Shown here in pieces: positions 34,841-43,913 of a stretch of DNA of 64,000 bases; positions within the stretch are counted from its first letter, which is position 1, and every line of letters begins with the position of its first letter. Below the pieces are notes generated by a model, which was not told the origin of the DNA, ran no database searches, and worked only from the letters and a program-made list of their open reading frames with translations. The position numbers and the translations under genes are program-made. The stretch lies in sequence record NC_041973.1; one strand, written 5' to 3'.

Positions 34841-36964
34841 TTACCAGCTAAATGCTTTATTGGCACGCGGCATAGTCACTTCCATTGGGATGTCTTCCGT
34901 GACGAGCTCTTGGCTTTCCAGATCGTCTAACCACGCTTCCATTCCTGCCGAGAGGAACTGGTGCTCATGTGCACTTTCTTCAAACGATTCCAACCCTACT
35001 GCTTCAGCGATCTCTTCAACTTCAACGTTCGAACCGTAACGGTCCAAGCCCATCAGTGCATCGACCTGAGACTTCGACCAGGCCATGATGTCTTCTGAGC
35101 GAGTTGAGATGTTCGGCATGGCGCCAGTATCCAATACGAAGTTAAAGATATACACTTCGTCTTCCTGACCAATACGGTGCATACGTGAGACAGCCTGCTC
35201 GTAGTGGTGGAAGCGGAAAGGTTTGTTCAACATCAATCCACAGTTTGCTTCAGTCAGGGGTACGGCTTCTGCCAGTGAGCGGAAGGTGGCGATCCCGGGG
35301 TTAACGTCTTCAGAAGCACGGAACGACTTCACCATCTCAACCAGGTCTTTGTTGGTATCACCGTAAACCACGACGGGTTTATACCCCAGACCCCGACAGA
35401 TCAACGCCATGGTTTCCAACGCGGGCACAAAGTCAGTGAAGATCAGGGTCTTCTTCTTGGCATTGTCAATGTAGGTGCCGAACGGAATCGCCTCAGCAAG
35501 CTCTACGTGACACATGGTGCGTTCTTTACCCAACACCCTACCCAGACACTCCCCTTTGATCTTCAAGTCCACATACTTGATTACAGAGCGGGCATCTTTG
35601 AACGTCTTACGCATGTGGTCCGGGATCACCGGGATGATGCGCTTGAGTTCGTACTCGTTACAATACTGACTCATGTAGGCCATCGAGTAGGGATCAAACC
35701 CCTGGGTGACAAACGTGTTCACATATTGGTTGTAGAGTTTGAAGTCCTCTTTCTCTTTGGGGGAGTGCAAGGTCTTCTCATACCACCCCAGTGCATCGTC
35801 GTAGATTTTCTGGTAGGCCGGCTTGTTGTCGGTATAGAACTTAAACCGCTCTTGAATGAACGCCATCATGATCCGTTGGATGTTATCCAGGGTGTAATGC
35901 GCGCCATTCTTGATCTTGATCTTCACCGTCATCTCGATCGGCTTGGTGGTCATGAACTTTGACTTCGGTACTGAGAAGCTCACAATCCCCAATCGGTTCG
36001 CCAGGATGTCATTAGCTTTGGTGGCGGTCTTGCCCCAGATCTTACGCATCGCTAATTCAACATCATTAGTGAAACCGGGGATCAGGGTACGGAACAACGG
36101 TACAGCTTCAGTGCCCATTGCGGTCAGCGCAGTACCGGAAGCCCAGACGATATCCTGCGACCCTGAGGCCTGGCAGAGTTCCACAAACAGGTTGGTGCGA
36201 ATCGACTCTTTGGTTTTCTGGTTTAAGTTGTGCGACTCATCGAGGATAATCCCGACATTAGGTAGACGCAGCTCTTTCACCATCTTCACCACTTCATCCA
36301 GGCGCTCGTAGTGCGCAACGATCCATTTGGTGCCTTTACGGTATGGTTGGTCATACTCTGCAACCCAGACCGACTCCTCTGTCGTAAGTTCTGTGGTGAT
36401 CGTGCGCTCCCAAACATCGCGTGTGGCTTTCTTGGGGGCAATGACAATCACGTAATCTTTCTTACGACAGAGCATGGTCATGATACTGCAGAGCGTCTTA
36501 CCGGCACCGGGTGCGGCAGAGAGTAAAGCACCGCGCAGACCGTAACGTGGGATCACGGTGTTGTAGTAGTTCAGCCAGTTACGCTGTTCAGGCAGTGGGG
36601 TCTTCTTAACATACTTCAGTTGGCCCAGGTCGATGATATCTTCATACTGCTCCTCGAGGTTGCGCATCCAGGTGTTCTTGCGCAGCAGCTCCAGGATCTT
36701 ACCCAGACCCCGACGATCTGACCAGGTCTTATCGTGCTCGTAGAGTTGCTTTAAGATGTACTCGACTTCGATGGCAAAGAAGCTGTTAAAGCTGATCTTG
36801 TTCTGGGTTACCTCTCGAAAGAGATAGCCAGCAATTTTACTGGTCTTCCAGACCTTGAGGATATCGCGCGTTGCCAGTGGGGCATTAAAGCCAGTGATGG
36901 TAATGATATCGTTTTTCTCTTCGACGTTAATGAACCCTAACGCCCGACGCAGGTAGTCAAACAT
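34841..36964 (-). CDS. SNF2-like (SF2) helicase
   Basis: AAPGAGKT, ILDESHNL, WASGT, LIFTDF, EAVPLTEAN, QAVSRMHRIGQ. Confidence 0.9.
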   Translation of the reverse strand: MFDYLRRALGFINVEEKNDIITITGFNAPLATRDILKVWKTSKIAGYLFREVTQNKISFNSFFAIEVEYILKQLYEHDKTWSDRRGLGKILELLRKNTWMRNLEEQYEDIIDLGQLKYVKKTPLPEQRNWLNYYNTVIPRYGLRGALLSAAPGAGKTLCSIMTMLCRKKDYVIVIAPKKATRDVWERTITTELTTEESVWVAEYDQPYRKGTKWIVAHYERLDEVVKMVKELRLPNVGIILDESHNLNQKTKESIRTNLFVELCQASGSQDIVWASGTALTAMGTEAVPLFRTLIPGFTNDVELAMRKIWGKTATKANDILANRLGIVSFSVPKSKFMTTKPIEMTVKIKIKNGAHYTLDNIQRIMMAFIQERFKFYTDNKPAYQKIYDDALGWYEKTLHSPKEKEDFKLYNQYVNTFVTQGFDPYSMAYMSQYCNEYELKRIIPVIPDHMRKTFKDARSVIKYVDLKIKGECLGRVLGKERTMCHVELAEAIPFGTYIDNAKKKTLIFTDFVPALETMALICRGLGYKPVVVYGDTNKDLVEMVKSFRASEDVNPGIATFRSLAEAVPLTEANCGLMLNKPFRFHHYEQAVSRMHRIGQEDEVYIFNFVLDTGAMPNISTRSEDIMAWSKSQVDALMGLDRYGSNVEVEEIAEAVGLESFEESAHEHQFLSAGMEAWLDDLESQELVTEDIPMEVTMPRANKAFSW

Positions 36965-37043
36965 AAATGCCCCTTAGGAAAGTTAAATCATACTAATGTG
37001 ATCTATAAAATAACGTGCGATATAGAATCTATATTTTTACATA

Positions 37044-37077
37044 CCTACATTACGGTAGTGATATGTTGTACAACATA
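37044..37077 (+). promoter_or_regulatory. Early promoter motif followed by a perfect 16-bp palindrome
   Basis: CCTACATTAC-ggta-GTGA then TATGTTGTACAACATA (37062-37077). Confidence 0.75.
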
Positions 37078-37169
37078 AAACATATTAGTTGGGTATACTA
37101 AAGTTTTATTAGATCCACTACACTTTCGAATAGTGTTTTAGTATACAACCAACAACTTGGAGGTCCACT

Positions 37170-37241
37170 ATGGATCGTTTAATCATTTTCACCGGGGTAA
37201 TCGTTACATTCGTCATTAGCATTGCAATGACTGTGACGTAA
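37170..37241 (+). CDS. 23-aa hydrophobic peptide (not in ORF track)
   Basis: GGAGG RBS; MDRLIIFTGVIVTFVISIAMTVT*; first ORF after promoter. Confidence 0.7.
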   Translation: MDRLIIFTGVIVTFVISIAMTVT

Positions 37242-37257
37242 CACAAAGGAGAGGGTT

Positions 37258-37671
37258 ATGAATCGCCCTACATTGACCGTTCGCGGCATGATCGATGAGC
37301 TATTAGCCGCTGCAAAAGCGCAACACCCAGATATAACTCGACTGGCAATAAAGGTCGCATATATTCAGAATGAAAAAATTAAGTACATTGTGAATATCAC
37401 CACCGCTACAGGAGTGATACCATTCACGGATGAAAGTCAGATGGATGTTATGGGAGTTGTTGAGCATGAGGTGGCAAAGATCACCGAACGCGAACGCAAT
37501 AGACCCAACGTAGGCGAATTAGACATAGCCAGTAACACCACAATAAACCTGTATACGAAGTTTAGGCGCATCTTTGGGCCTCGACCCATTATCACAGTGA
37601 AATTGGGTTATCTTGATCCCGTCACCCCTAACGTCAACAGGGTTACCGTGGAATTAGACTACACTTACTAA
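37258..37671 (+). CDS. Hypothetical early protein
   Basis: AAGGAG RBS. Confidence 0.75.
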   Translation: MNRPTLTVRGMIDELLAAAKAQHPDITRLAIKVAYIQNEKIKYIVNITTATGVIPFTDESQMDVMGVVEHEVAKITERERNRPNVGELDIASNTTINLYTKFRRIFGPRPIITVKLGYLDPVTPNVNRVTVELDYTY

Positions 37672-37676
37672 AGGGT

Positions 37677-38261
37677 TTGACAATAATGTTAAACAAAATC
37701 ATTACTGAGAATGTTGGACGCATCTCACTGAAGGTCTGGGATAACTGCGAAGATTATTTGCTTCGCGTTACCCAGGGGATTAAACGTGACATCATGCGGG
37801 AAATCAAAACGCATGGTGGTCGCACGCAATTCCGCGTCACTGTCCGTAACTCTCTCGGCTATAACAAGGCCGAGGGGATCTTTCACGATCTGCAAGTGGT
37901 GGTTACCTGTCTGGCCACTTCCAAAGAACTGAAAGAGACCGTGCGTCTGCCTGTCAGCAAAGACAACCCCCTGGCCATTATCCAGGGCACGTTAATGCAT
38001 GCGGCGATCAAAGCCAACGCAGTGCGCAGCTATACCTCGATGAACTCACGGGCCGATGAAGTCCGTAAGACACTGAAGAGCAACCTGGATGACATGCTGA
38101 AAACGCACTCCACGGTCATCTCAGTGCATCAACACAAATCTGGCCATCCTGAAATTGCTGCGGAATTCATTCAAACTGACGGTCCTTCCATGGCCGCCTT
38201 ATTTGAGAAACTTGCGCAGCACTCCCCATTGGGTGGTCTCTCAACACAACCTTCCATGTAA
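37677..38261 (+). CDS. Hypothetical early protein
   Basis: AAGGG RBS, TTG start (or ATG 37686). Confidence 0.7.
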   Translation: MTIMLNKIITENVGRISLKVWDNCEDYLLRVTQGIKRDIMREIKTHGGRTQFRVTVRNSLGYNKAEGIFHDLQVVVTCLATSKELKETVRLPVSKDNPLAIIQGTLMHAAIKANAVRSYTSMNSRADEVRKTLKSNLDDMLKTHSTVISVHQHKSGHPEIAAEFIQTDGPSMAALFEKLAQHSPLGGLSTQPSM

Positions 38262-38318
38262 GTTCTCGTAATTGGCTGGGCGGGTGAGTATCACCGCCTG
38301 GCTTTCCAGGAGTCTATT

Positions 38319-38819
38319 ATGAGCGCCTTGCTTACAGAACTCCTCTCTGGACCCGCAATTCCTTTCGGGTTGGTAATTGGTATACTCGTTTGGTTATTGC
38401 ATGTGAAGCTGTCAAACAAATCACATCAGCATGTTTACGATGTGGTCGGTCATCAATTGGTTAATGATATCGAACACCTGTGCCGGGAGCTAGCCAGCCC
38501 ATCGGATCATCGGCGTTACATCAAAACCGATCTTCCACCACAAGGTGATCAGATTAACTACCTGCGTAAGCACATCGAATCGCACCTTAAAGCGCGTGTA
38601 ACTAAATACATCGATGCTGCTTGTTATAACGACAGGACAGCCCGCAGACCACGGGCGAAGTTACACGTCAAGGTGGTTAACCTGGCGCATATGGGGCAGG
38701 GGCTTGAGATAAGTTTTAAACTAGGCCGAGGGATCTTCACCGATCACCGTACCTATTTTAAACCATCCACCTATGCCCATGTCAGTCTCTTCTTTAAAGA
38801 TGAAGTTCTTTCCAAATAA
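38319..38819 (+). CDS. Membrane-anchored hypothetical protein
   Basis: AGGAG RBS; N-terminal TM helix. Confidence 0.75.
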   Translation: MSALLTELLSGPAIPFGLVIGILVWLLHVKLSNKSHQHVYDVVGHQLVNDIEHLCRELASPSDHRRYIKTDLPPQGDQINYLRKHIESHLKARVTKYIDAACYNDRTARRPRAKLHVKVVNLAHMGQGLEISFKLGRGIFTDHRTYFKPSTYAHVSLFFKDEVLSK

Positions 38820-38831
38820 AGGAATCAGTAG

Positions 38832-40148
38832 ATGTCAAGCAAAAAAGCAGCCAAAGTCAATCCAAAGAAACAACACAAACAAGCTGTTGCGCAGCAGACG
38901 CAGCAGGTTAACGGTGACCTGGAATGGGCCCGTGGTATCTTTAGCCATATCGACAGCTATTTTGTTCAGCAGGTGAATAACCTGGTGCACCGTCGTTATA
39001 AAGGCAGCGACAACTATCCGAAACATTTCGGTGCCCGTGTTGAGATCAATGAAAAGCACGGTCGCTACGACATCCTGAAATTCCTGAGCTGGGATGAAGC
39101 CGGTGTGCTGGATGACTTCGGTAACCAGACCGGTGAGTTCGAACTCGGCTATGTGCATTTCCATCGCCTGAAAGAGATCTCGCAGGATGCACACAAAAAC
39201 AACCGTCCGGTGGATATCGGCTGGGCGTATGCACCGCATGTTGATTTCGAACACTCCGTTGATGCAGCCATGAAAGCGGCAGCAAAACATGATCACTTCG
39301 AAGCGGCGGTGCGCGCACATCTGCAAGGCGCACTGGATGTCTATGCGACACTGGTCGATGAACTCAAAGCTGAATACCAGCCTGAGAACGCAGACGGCCA
39401 ATACGTTGGCGTGTGTTTCTACTTCAACCCAGAAACCAACGTATTGGAATACGTGATGCAGAAACACGGCGTAACCGATCTGATCGACGGCAAAGCCTCT
39501 GAGCGTGACTTCCGTGATCTACCGGCTGGCGCAGAAGTTACTGGTCCAATCGTGGTGGATGGCGATACGGACTTCCGTAACTACAACTCCTGCATGCTGC
39601 GTCTGGTCAGTGAAGTGGCACGTTGGGAACGTATCAGTAAACCAAACAAAGAGTGCATGGAAACCGCAGCAACGGATCTGGTTGGTCGCATGATCACCAA
39701 TGCCGAAGCGGCGTTTGAGAAAGCCAAAGAGAAAGCCGCTGCTGAAGGTATCACAGCAGATCTCTCTCTGCGTTACAATGGTCTGCGTGGTCTGCTGGAA
39801 GTGGTCTACAAAGATGAGCTGGGTAATACCGCGCTGGTTGATATCGGTATGGACGCAGCCGCTGTGCTGTTGATCATGACCCGTATCGAACCGGATCTGC
39901 AGATGTACGTCACCCCACGTTTCAATAAAGCCTTTGTTGAGCGTTTCGGTGTAGGTGACCAGCACGTCAAAAATGACAACGGTGATGTGATTGCCACCGA
40001 AGTCCCGGCGCGTGGCCTGACTGCTGACTTCCTCGCTTTTGATGAACTCGCTGTCACTGGTCAGGCGTCACCGGTACAGGAGCTGGATGATGCGTTTGAT
40101 AAAGACGACGAACCGGCTGCTGATGAAAACTACGCCCTGAAGGCGTAA
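38832..40148 (+). CDS. Hypothetical protein (438 aa, strongly biased codons)
   Basis: AAGGA RBS; ends at terminator. Confidence 0.85.
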   Translation: MSSKKAAKVNPKKQHKQAVAQQTQQVNGDLEWARGIFSHIDSYFVQQVNNLVHRRYKGSDNYPKHFGARVEINEKHGRYDILKFLSWDEAGVLDDFGNQTGEFELGYVHFHRLKEISQDAHKNNRPVDIGWAYAPHVDFEHSVDAAMKAAAKHDHFEAAVRAHLQGALDVYATLVDELKAEYQPENADGQYVGVCFYFNPETNVLEYVMQKHGVTDLIDGKASERDFRDLPAGAEVTGPIVVDGDTDFRNYNSCMLRLVSEVARWERISKPNKECMETAATDLVGRMITNAEAAFEKAKEKAAAEGITADLSLRYNGLRGLLEVVYKDELGNTALVDIGMDAAAVLLIMTRIEPDLQMYVTPRFNKAFVERFGVGDQHVKNDNGDVIATEVPARGLTADFLAFDELAVTGQASPVQELDDAFDKDDEPAADENYALKA

Positions 40149-40160
40149 GTTCGGTTATGG

Positions 40161-40184
40161 GGGAGGGCTTAGGCTCTCCCTTTT
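40161..40184 (+). terminator. Intrinsic terminator
   Basis: GGGAGGGC-TTAG-GCTCTCCC-TTTT. Confidence 0.8.
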
Positions 40185-40236
40185 AACAGTTATCTTTCTT
40201 TTTTATTTGATTTTTTACAATGCAGATTTTTTCAGA

Positions 40237-40254
40237 CCTATATGACGGAAGTGA
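40237..40254 (+). promoter_or_regulatory. Phage early promoter motif (variant)
   Basis: CCTATATGAC-ggaa-GTGA. Confidence 0.65.
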
Positions 40255-40309
40255 ATAGAGCCAGTAGTCACTGACTCGACAATCTTAATTCACTTACGAG
40301 GTATAGATT

Positions 40310-40747
40310 ATGAAACTGAATAAACTGCGTTATGTTCTTTCTAAGGGATTCATTTCTCTTTGTGCCGACAACATCGAAGCCATGGGCATGGAAAGAGTTA
40401 TCCGTATGGCCGAACGTCGTTACATGTTCGCTAACCCAAAAGCTGACGAAGTCGAAATTGACGAGTCTGATGTTAACCGTGCCCTTAGCATCGCTAAGAA
40501 CAAAGATGCACGCTATGACCGTATTGCTAACCTGTACTCTTGGTTGGCACGTAACATCTCTGGTGTTCGTAACACTGCGGCGTTAAACCGTGATGTAATG
40601 AAAAGCCTGTGGATGAGCTACCGCGGTTATATCACTGCAAACGCTCTGGAAGAACTGTGGGTGGTTACTAAGGTGTATGACAATGGTACTGACCTCGAAG
40701 TTGAGTTCAGTGAAGTTTGTGCCCTGATTGCCAACAGCGAAGTATAA
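40310..40747 (+). CDS. Hypothetical early protein
   Basis: GAGGT RBS. Confidence 0.8.
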   Translation: MKLNKLRYVLSKGFISLCADNIEAMGMERVIRMAERRYMFANPKADEVEIDESDVNRALSIAKNKDARYDRIANLYSWLARNISGVRNTAALNRDVMKSLWMSYRGYITANALEELWVVTKVYDNGTDLEVEFSEVCALIANSEV

Positions 40748-40757
40748 GGAGCACATT

Positions 40758-41243
40758 ATGTCAAACGGGGTAATGTGGATGATGCTAGCGGCCTGTATCG
40801 CTATCGGCTTCAAGATTATCGGTACGGCCTTATCTTCCCCGGCCTCGACCGTTGCAGATCTAAAACGCTGGGCTTCTATTAAGACACCAGATTTCATTGA
40901 TGCGGCTTTCACCGGGGAAACGATGTATTGCATTACTGAGCGTACTGCGAAACGCCATTTGGAACTTTATGGACCAGACGGTATCGTGGGAATGTACAGT
41001 GATGTGTTTGATGAACTTAGACAATGTACCACTATGGACGGGTGGTTAATCGACGGTAGGATTGTCGACAATAAAAACGGAGCAGTACAGATCGCCTTGA
41101 CCATGACCCGCAACGAAGTGGTTCTCAATAAAGCATACGTTGTCCCATACTTGCAAATCCTGCGAGTCACCGACACGTTCTCTCCTGAGATTCTCCGTCG
41201 TTCTGTTCGTGATGTTCAGGTTATTAATGCAAATGTTGTTTGA
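40758..41243 (+). CDS. Membrane-anchored hypothetical protein
   Basis: AAGGAG RBS before ATG 40758; N-terminal TM helix. Confidence 0.75.
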   Translation: MSNGVMWMMLAACIAIGFKIIGTALSSPASTVADLKRWASIKTPDFIDAAFTGETMYCITERTAKRHLELYGPDGIVGMYSDVFDELRQCTTMDGWLIDGRIVDNKNGAVQIALTMTRNEVVLNKAYVVPYLQILRVTDTFSPEILRRSVRDVQVINANVV

Positions 41244-41257
41244 TCCCTCCGAATTTT

Positions 41258-41286
41258 AGGCCAGGTGCAAACCTGGCCTTTATGCC
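41258..41286 (+). terminator. Intrinsic terminator with TTTATGCC tail
   Basis: AGGCCAGG-TGCAAA-CCTGGCCT-TTATGCC. Confidence 0.85.
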
Positions 41287-41339
41287 GGCCTGGGAATGGT
41301 ACCCGTTATGCCACTATCAATTAACCAAAATGTAGAAAT

Positions 41340-41410
41340 GGTAGATTGGCCTAACCAAGGGCCAACTACCTAGCCGTCATACTGCGCTGGGGGTTCGATG
41401 TAACCCCCAG
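41340..41410 (+). other. Tandem stem-loops: candidate structured leader or small RNA
   Basis: GGTAG-a-TTGGCC/GGCCAA-CTACC (41340-70) and CTGGGGGTT/AACCCCCAG (41387-410). Confidence 0.5.
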
Positions 41411-41458
41411 GCAACCCTTATCTATTTAACCTAATTTAACACCAGGGAATTTACTAAA

Positions 41459-41623
41459 ATGGCTTTTATCAAATCACTGTTCCACAAAGCGTCTTCTACT
41501 ACCCCTGTTAACATCAGCGTAATCGAAGCCCAGCTGGAAGAGACCCAACGTATCCTGAACCGTTTAAACAAACATCAGGCATCAGCCGTCCGTGGCGAAC
41601 GTACTCGCCACAATCACCACTGA
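41459..41623 (+). CDS. 54-aa peptide (not in ORF track)
   Basis: AGGGA RBS; MAFIKSLFHKASSTTPVNISVIEAQLEETQRILNRLNKHQASAVRGERTRHNHH*. Confidence 0.6.
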   Translation: MAFIKSLFHKASSTTPVNISVIEAQLEETQRILNRLNKHQASAVRGERTRHNHH

Positions 41624-41653
41624 GTGGTGTGTACGAAAGCAAGAAAAGTGTAG

Positions 41654-41687
41654 TGCAGAAAATCTCACACCTATATAACCTGGGTGA
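41654..41687 (+). promoter_or_regulatory. Phage early promoter motif with upstream element
   Basis: TGCAGAAAATCT-N4-CCTATATAAC-ctgg-GTGA. Confidence 0.75.
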
Positions 41688-41748
41688 TATACAGTAGTAA
41701 ATCAATTGCAGTAACCAACTTAACCTAATTGTCTTGTGAGGTATTATC

Positions 41749-42378
41749 ATGTCAAACGTACTCGAACTGAACACAACTCCTTCTAACCCGGCAATGGCTG
41801 AAGCTTTCCGTAAAGCAGCAACCAAGGATCTCTCGCCGGAACTGGGCGGTGATACCTTACAAGCCGAATTAGCGAACATGGAACGTGCAAAAACTGAGCC
41901 TGAATCAAACACTGCACGTCTGGCCAAAACCTTAGCGGGCATGACTTCTTCTGTGAAGGACATGAACGAGACGCTGCACGAAGCAGCAGGAGTGAACACC
42001 ATGCATCACACTGATGGCGCTGATAACATGTTCAGCGAAGTAGAAGAAATGATCGAGCCTGAATTCACTGGCAGTCATGGTCGTGTCAAAGCCATGGCGC
42101 TGCTGTCAGCGGGTTCATTGATTGCGACTACTGCTACTGCTGCGTTATTCACACGTAACAGCAAGACTGTCAAATCAGTCGCAGTAACGGGTCTGTTAAC
42201 CAGCAGCATGCTGATCGGCATGGAAGCGATTCAGGCTAAACGTAATCCGTCTGTGGCGGATCGTCTGGTCATGGGCAAGAAACGTGCCGCCAAGTTACTG
42301 GGCGGTGGTCTGGCAATCGGTGCGGCAACCATGTCAATCGGTTTAACTGTAGGTCGTATCTTTAACTCCGGAGAGTAA
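41749..42378 (+). CDS. Early membrane protein with Ala/Gly-rich hydrophobic helices
   Basis: GAGGT RBS; three hydrophobic segments in C-terminal half. Confidence 0.8.
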   Translation: MSNVLELNTTPSNPAMAEAFRKAATKDLSPELGGDTLQAELANMERAKTEPESNTARLAKTLAGMTSSVKDMNETLHEAAGVNTMHHTDGADNMFSEVEEMIEPEFTGSHGRVKAMALLSAGSLIATTATAALFTRNSKTVKSVAVTGLLTSSMLIGMEAIQAKRNPSVADRLVMGKKRAAKLLGGGLAIGAATMSIGLTVGRIFNSGE

Positions 42379-42379
42379 C

Positions 42380-42760
42380 ATGAGCCAGTTATTCGAGAAC
42401 ATCGATGACGTCATCGAACCAGTAGTCGATCTGAATGTGGCGAAACGTACCCTGATGTTAGCATCCGGGGTACGAGCTGTAGCACTGGCAGTGGGTGTCG
42501 GTGTCGGCGCAGCTGCCATGAAGATCAAACCTTCAACTGCGGTGAAAGCCGCAGTGATCCCAGCGGTGATCGAACTCGGTGCAACTTACCTCGGGGTGAG
42601 TCGTGCCAGCGAAGTCGAGATCCTGGATAAAGAAGCAACTGTCAGCAACAAATCACACCTCAACGATGCAGCCGTCAATTTCATTGCCGGTGCCGTTGCC
42701 ATTGTAGGCGGTGCAGTCATTGCCCGTGTACTCAAAGGGCCGGAAACACCGGCTGAATAA
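42380..42760 (+). CDS. Early membrane protein
   Basis: GGAG RBS; AKRTLM motif shared with 43037..43336. Confidence 0.8.
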   Translation: MSQLFENIDDVIEPVVDLNVAKRTLMLASGVRAVALAVGVGVGAAAMKIKPSTAVKAAVIPAVIELGATYLGVSRASEVEILDKEATVSNKSHLNDAAVNFIAGAVAIVGGAVIARVLKGPETPAE

Positions 42761-42775
42761 TCCCAGTAAAGGAAC

Positions 42776-42970
42776 ATGACCATGTTTAACAAAACCTGCG
42801 AACAGAAAGAGCCAGCTTGTGAAGTCACCATCAATCTTAACGTACAGATCGTAGGCATGGCCGTGGGTTGTGTTCTTGCGCAGAGTGAGAACACCATGGT
42901 CAAAGCCGGCGGCGTGGGCTTGGTAGCCGCGTCCTTCCTGGGCATGATTAAGAAACTGTCTAAACTGTAA
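42776..42970 (+). CDS. Small early membrane protein
   Basis: AAGGA RBS (ATG 42776 or 42782); hydrophobic hairpin. Confidence 0.7.
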   Translation: MTMFNKTCEQKEPACEVTINLNVQIVGMAVGCVLAQSENTMVKAGGVGLVAASFLGMIKKLSKL

Positions 42971-43036
42971 TTCCTTGTAGTAACCAAACCCAATCAAACT
43001 CACTGTAATTAACCTAACTGTAAAAGAGAGAATATC

Positions 43037-43336
43037 ATGGAAAACATCAACGCATCTGCAATCAACGAAACTGCTAAAACTGCTGGCGCTACTGTTGAAG
43101 GTATCGTAAAAGAAACCATGTTCGCGAAAGTGGCAGAAGCTGTCGAACCAACTGTTGCGAAGAAGATCGCCAAACGCACCCTGATGGCAGGCGGCGTGTT
43201 AGCGCTCTGTGGTCTGGGTTACTTCGGCTACCGTGCACTGAAGAAAACCAAAGCAGTCGTAATCATCACCGAAGGCGATGCAGCTAACGAAACCACCACT
43301 GACACCACCGTGGTAGCAGACGACACTGCTGCGTAA
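43037..43336 (+). CDS. Small early membrane protein
   Basis: GAGAG RBS; IAKRTLMAGGVLALCGLGYFGYRALKK. Confidence 0.8.
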   Translation: MENINASAINETAKTAGATVEGIVKETMFAKVAEAVEPTVAKKIAKRTLMAGGVLALCGLGYFGYRALKKTKAVVIITEGDAANETTTDTTVVADDTAA

Positions 43337-43343
43337 TTTTGTG

Positions 43344-43375
43344 AGGGCTAGGATATCCTAGCCCTTTCCTTTCTC
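43344..43375 (+). terminator. Intrinsic terminator
   Basis: AGGGCTAGG-ATAT-CCTAGCCCT then pyrimidine tract. Confidence 0.85.
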
Positions 43376-43406
43376 ACTCTTTTTTTTTGTTAAAGTAGGG
43401 ACGCCC

Positions 43407-43877
43407 ATGCATGCAATCACAACCGGTACCGTCGCTATTCTGATCTTCATCACCTTCTTGTTTATTTCAGAATGGCGATTAAAGGTAAGTAAGAACCTTA
43501 TCTTCAAAGAAGTCACCCGAATCGCGTACTCGATTATTCGCTATACCGACGTCAAGCAGATCACCCCGGAGATCTACCTTATTGCGGCTGAACTACAAAA
43601 CCGCATGGTAAAGGTAGGGAACTTCAGCGTGACCGAGAAGGACCGGGAAGTCGCCATGACGATTGCCAAGTACATTTCAATCTTTGGCAACCAGCGGGTG
43701 CGTGATCCGGTTATCCTGTTGCACGTGATCGCCAGACGGCTAAATGAGTTCGATGGGATATCCGCTAAATCGCTGGTCTCCACCAATGGCCGCCTGGAGC
43801 TCGTTATAGGGCGTGATGACGCCACAGACTATGATCGGGTCATCTATCGCTTCAACTCCCCGCAGACGCTCTTCTAG
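43407..43877 (+). CDS. Membrane-anchored hypothetical protein
   Basis: AGGGA RBS; N-terminal TM helix. Confidence 0.7.
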   Translation: MHAITTGTVAILIFITFLFISEWRLKVSKNLIFKEVTRIAYSIIRYTDVKQITPEIYLIAAELQNRMVKVGNFSVTEKDREVAMTIAKYISIFGNQRVRDPVILLHVIARRLNEFDGISAKSLVSTNGRLELVIGRDDATDYDRVIYRFNSPQTLF

Positions 43878-43880
43878 GCC

Positions 43881-43912
43881 GGCATAAGGGGCAGGGTTTC
43901 CCCCGCCCACTT
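43881..43912 (-). terminator. Terminator for the minus-strand virion genes
   Basis: Minus strand reads GGGCGGGG-GAAA-CCCTGCCCC-TTATGCC. Confidence 0.8.
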
Positions 43913-43913
43913 A

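Noticed and set aside
39990-40070. RGLTADFLAFDE resembling a terminase Walker B motif
   Set aside because: Isolated at the C-terminus with no Walker A or surrounding ATPase fold
41387-41410. GGTTCGA-containing hairpin as a tRNA T-arm
   Set aside because: No acceptor stem, D-arm or anticodon arm; no tRNA cloverleaf was spotted by eye anywhere in the window
41514-42002. 162-aa minus-strand ORF and the many other antisense/overlapping ORFs in the track (e.g. 14446..14835, 20010..20381, 38835..39467, 58099..58827, 62035..62781)
   Set aside because: Shadows of well-supported genes on the opposite strand or frame; no RBS, low-complexity mirror translations
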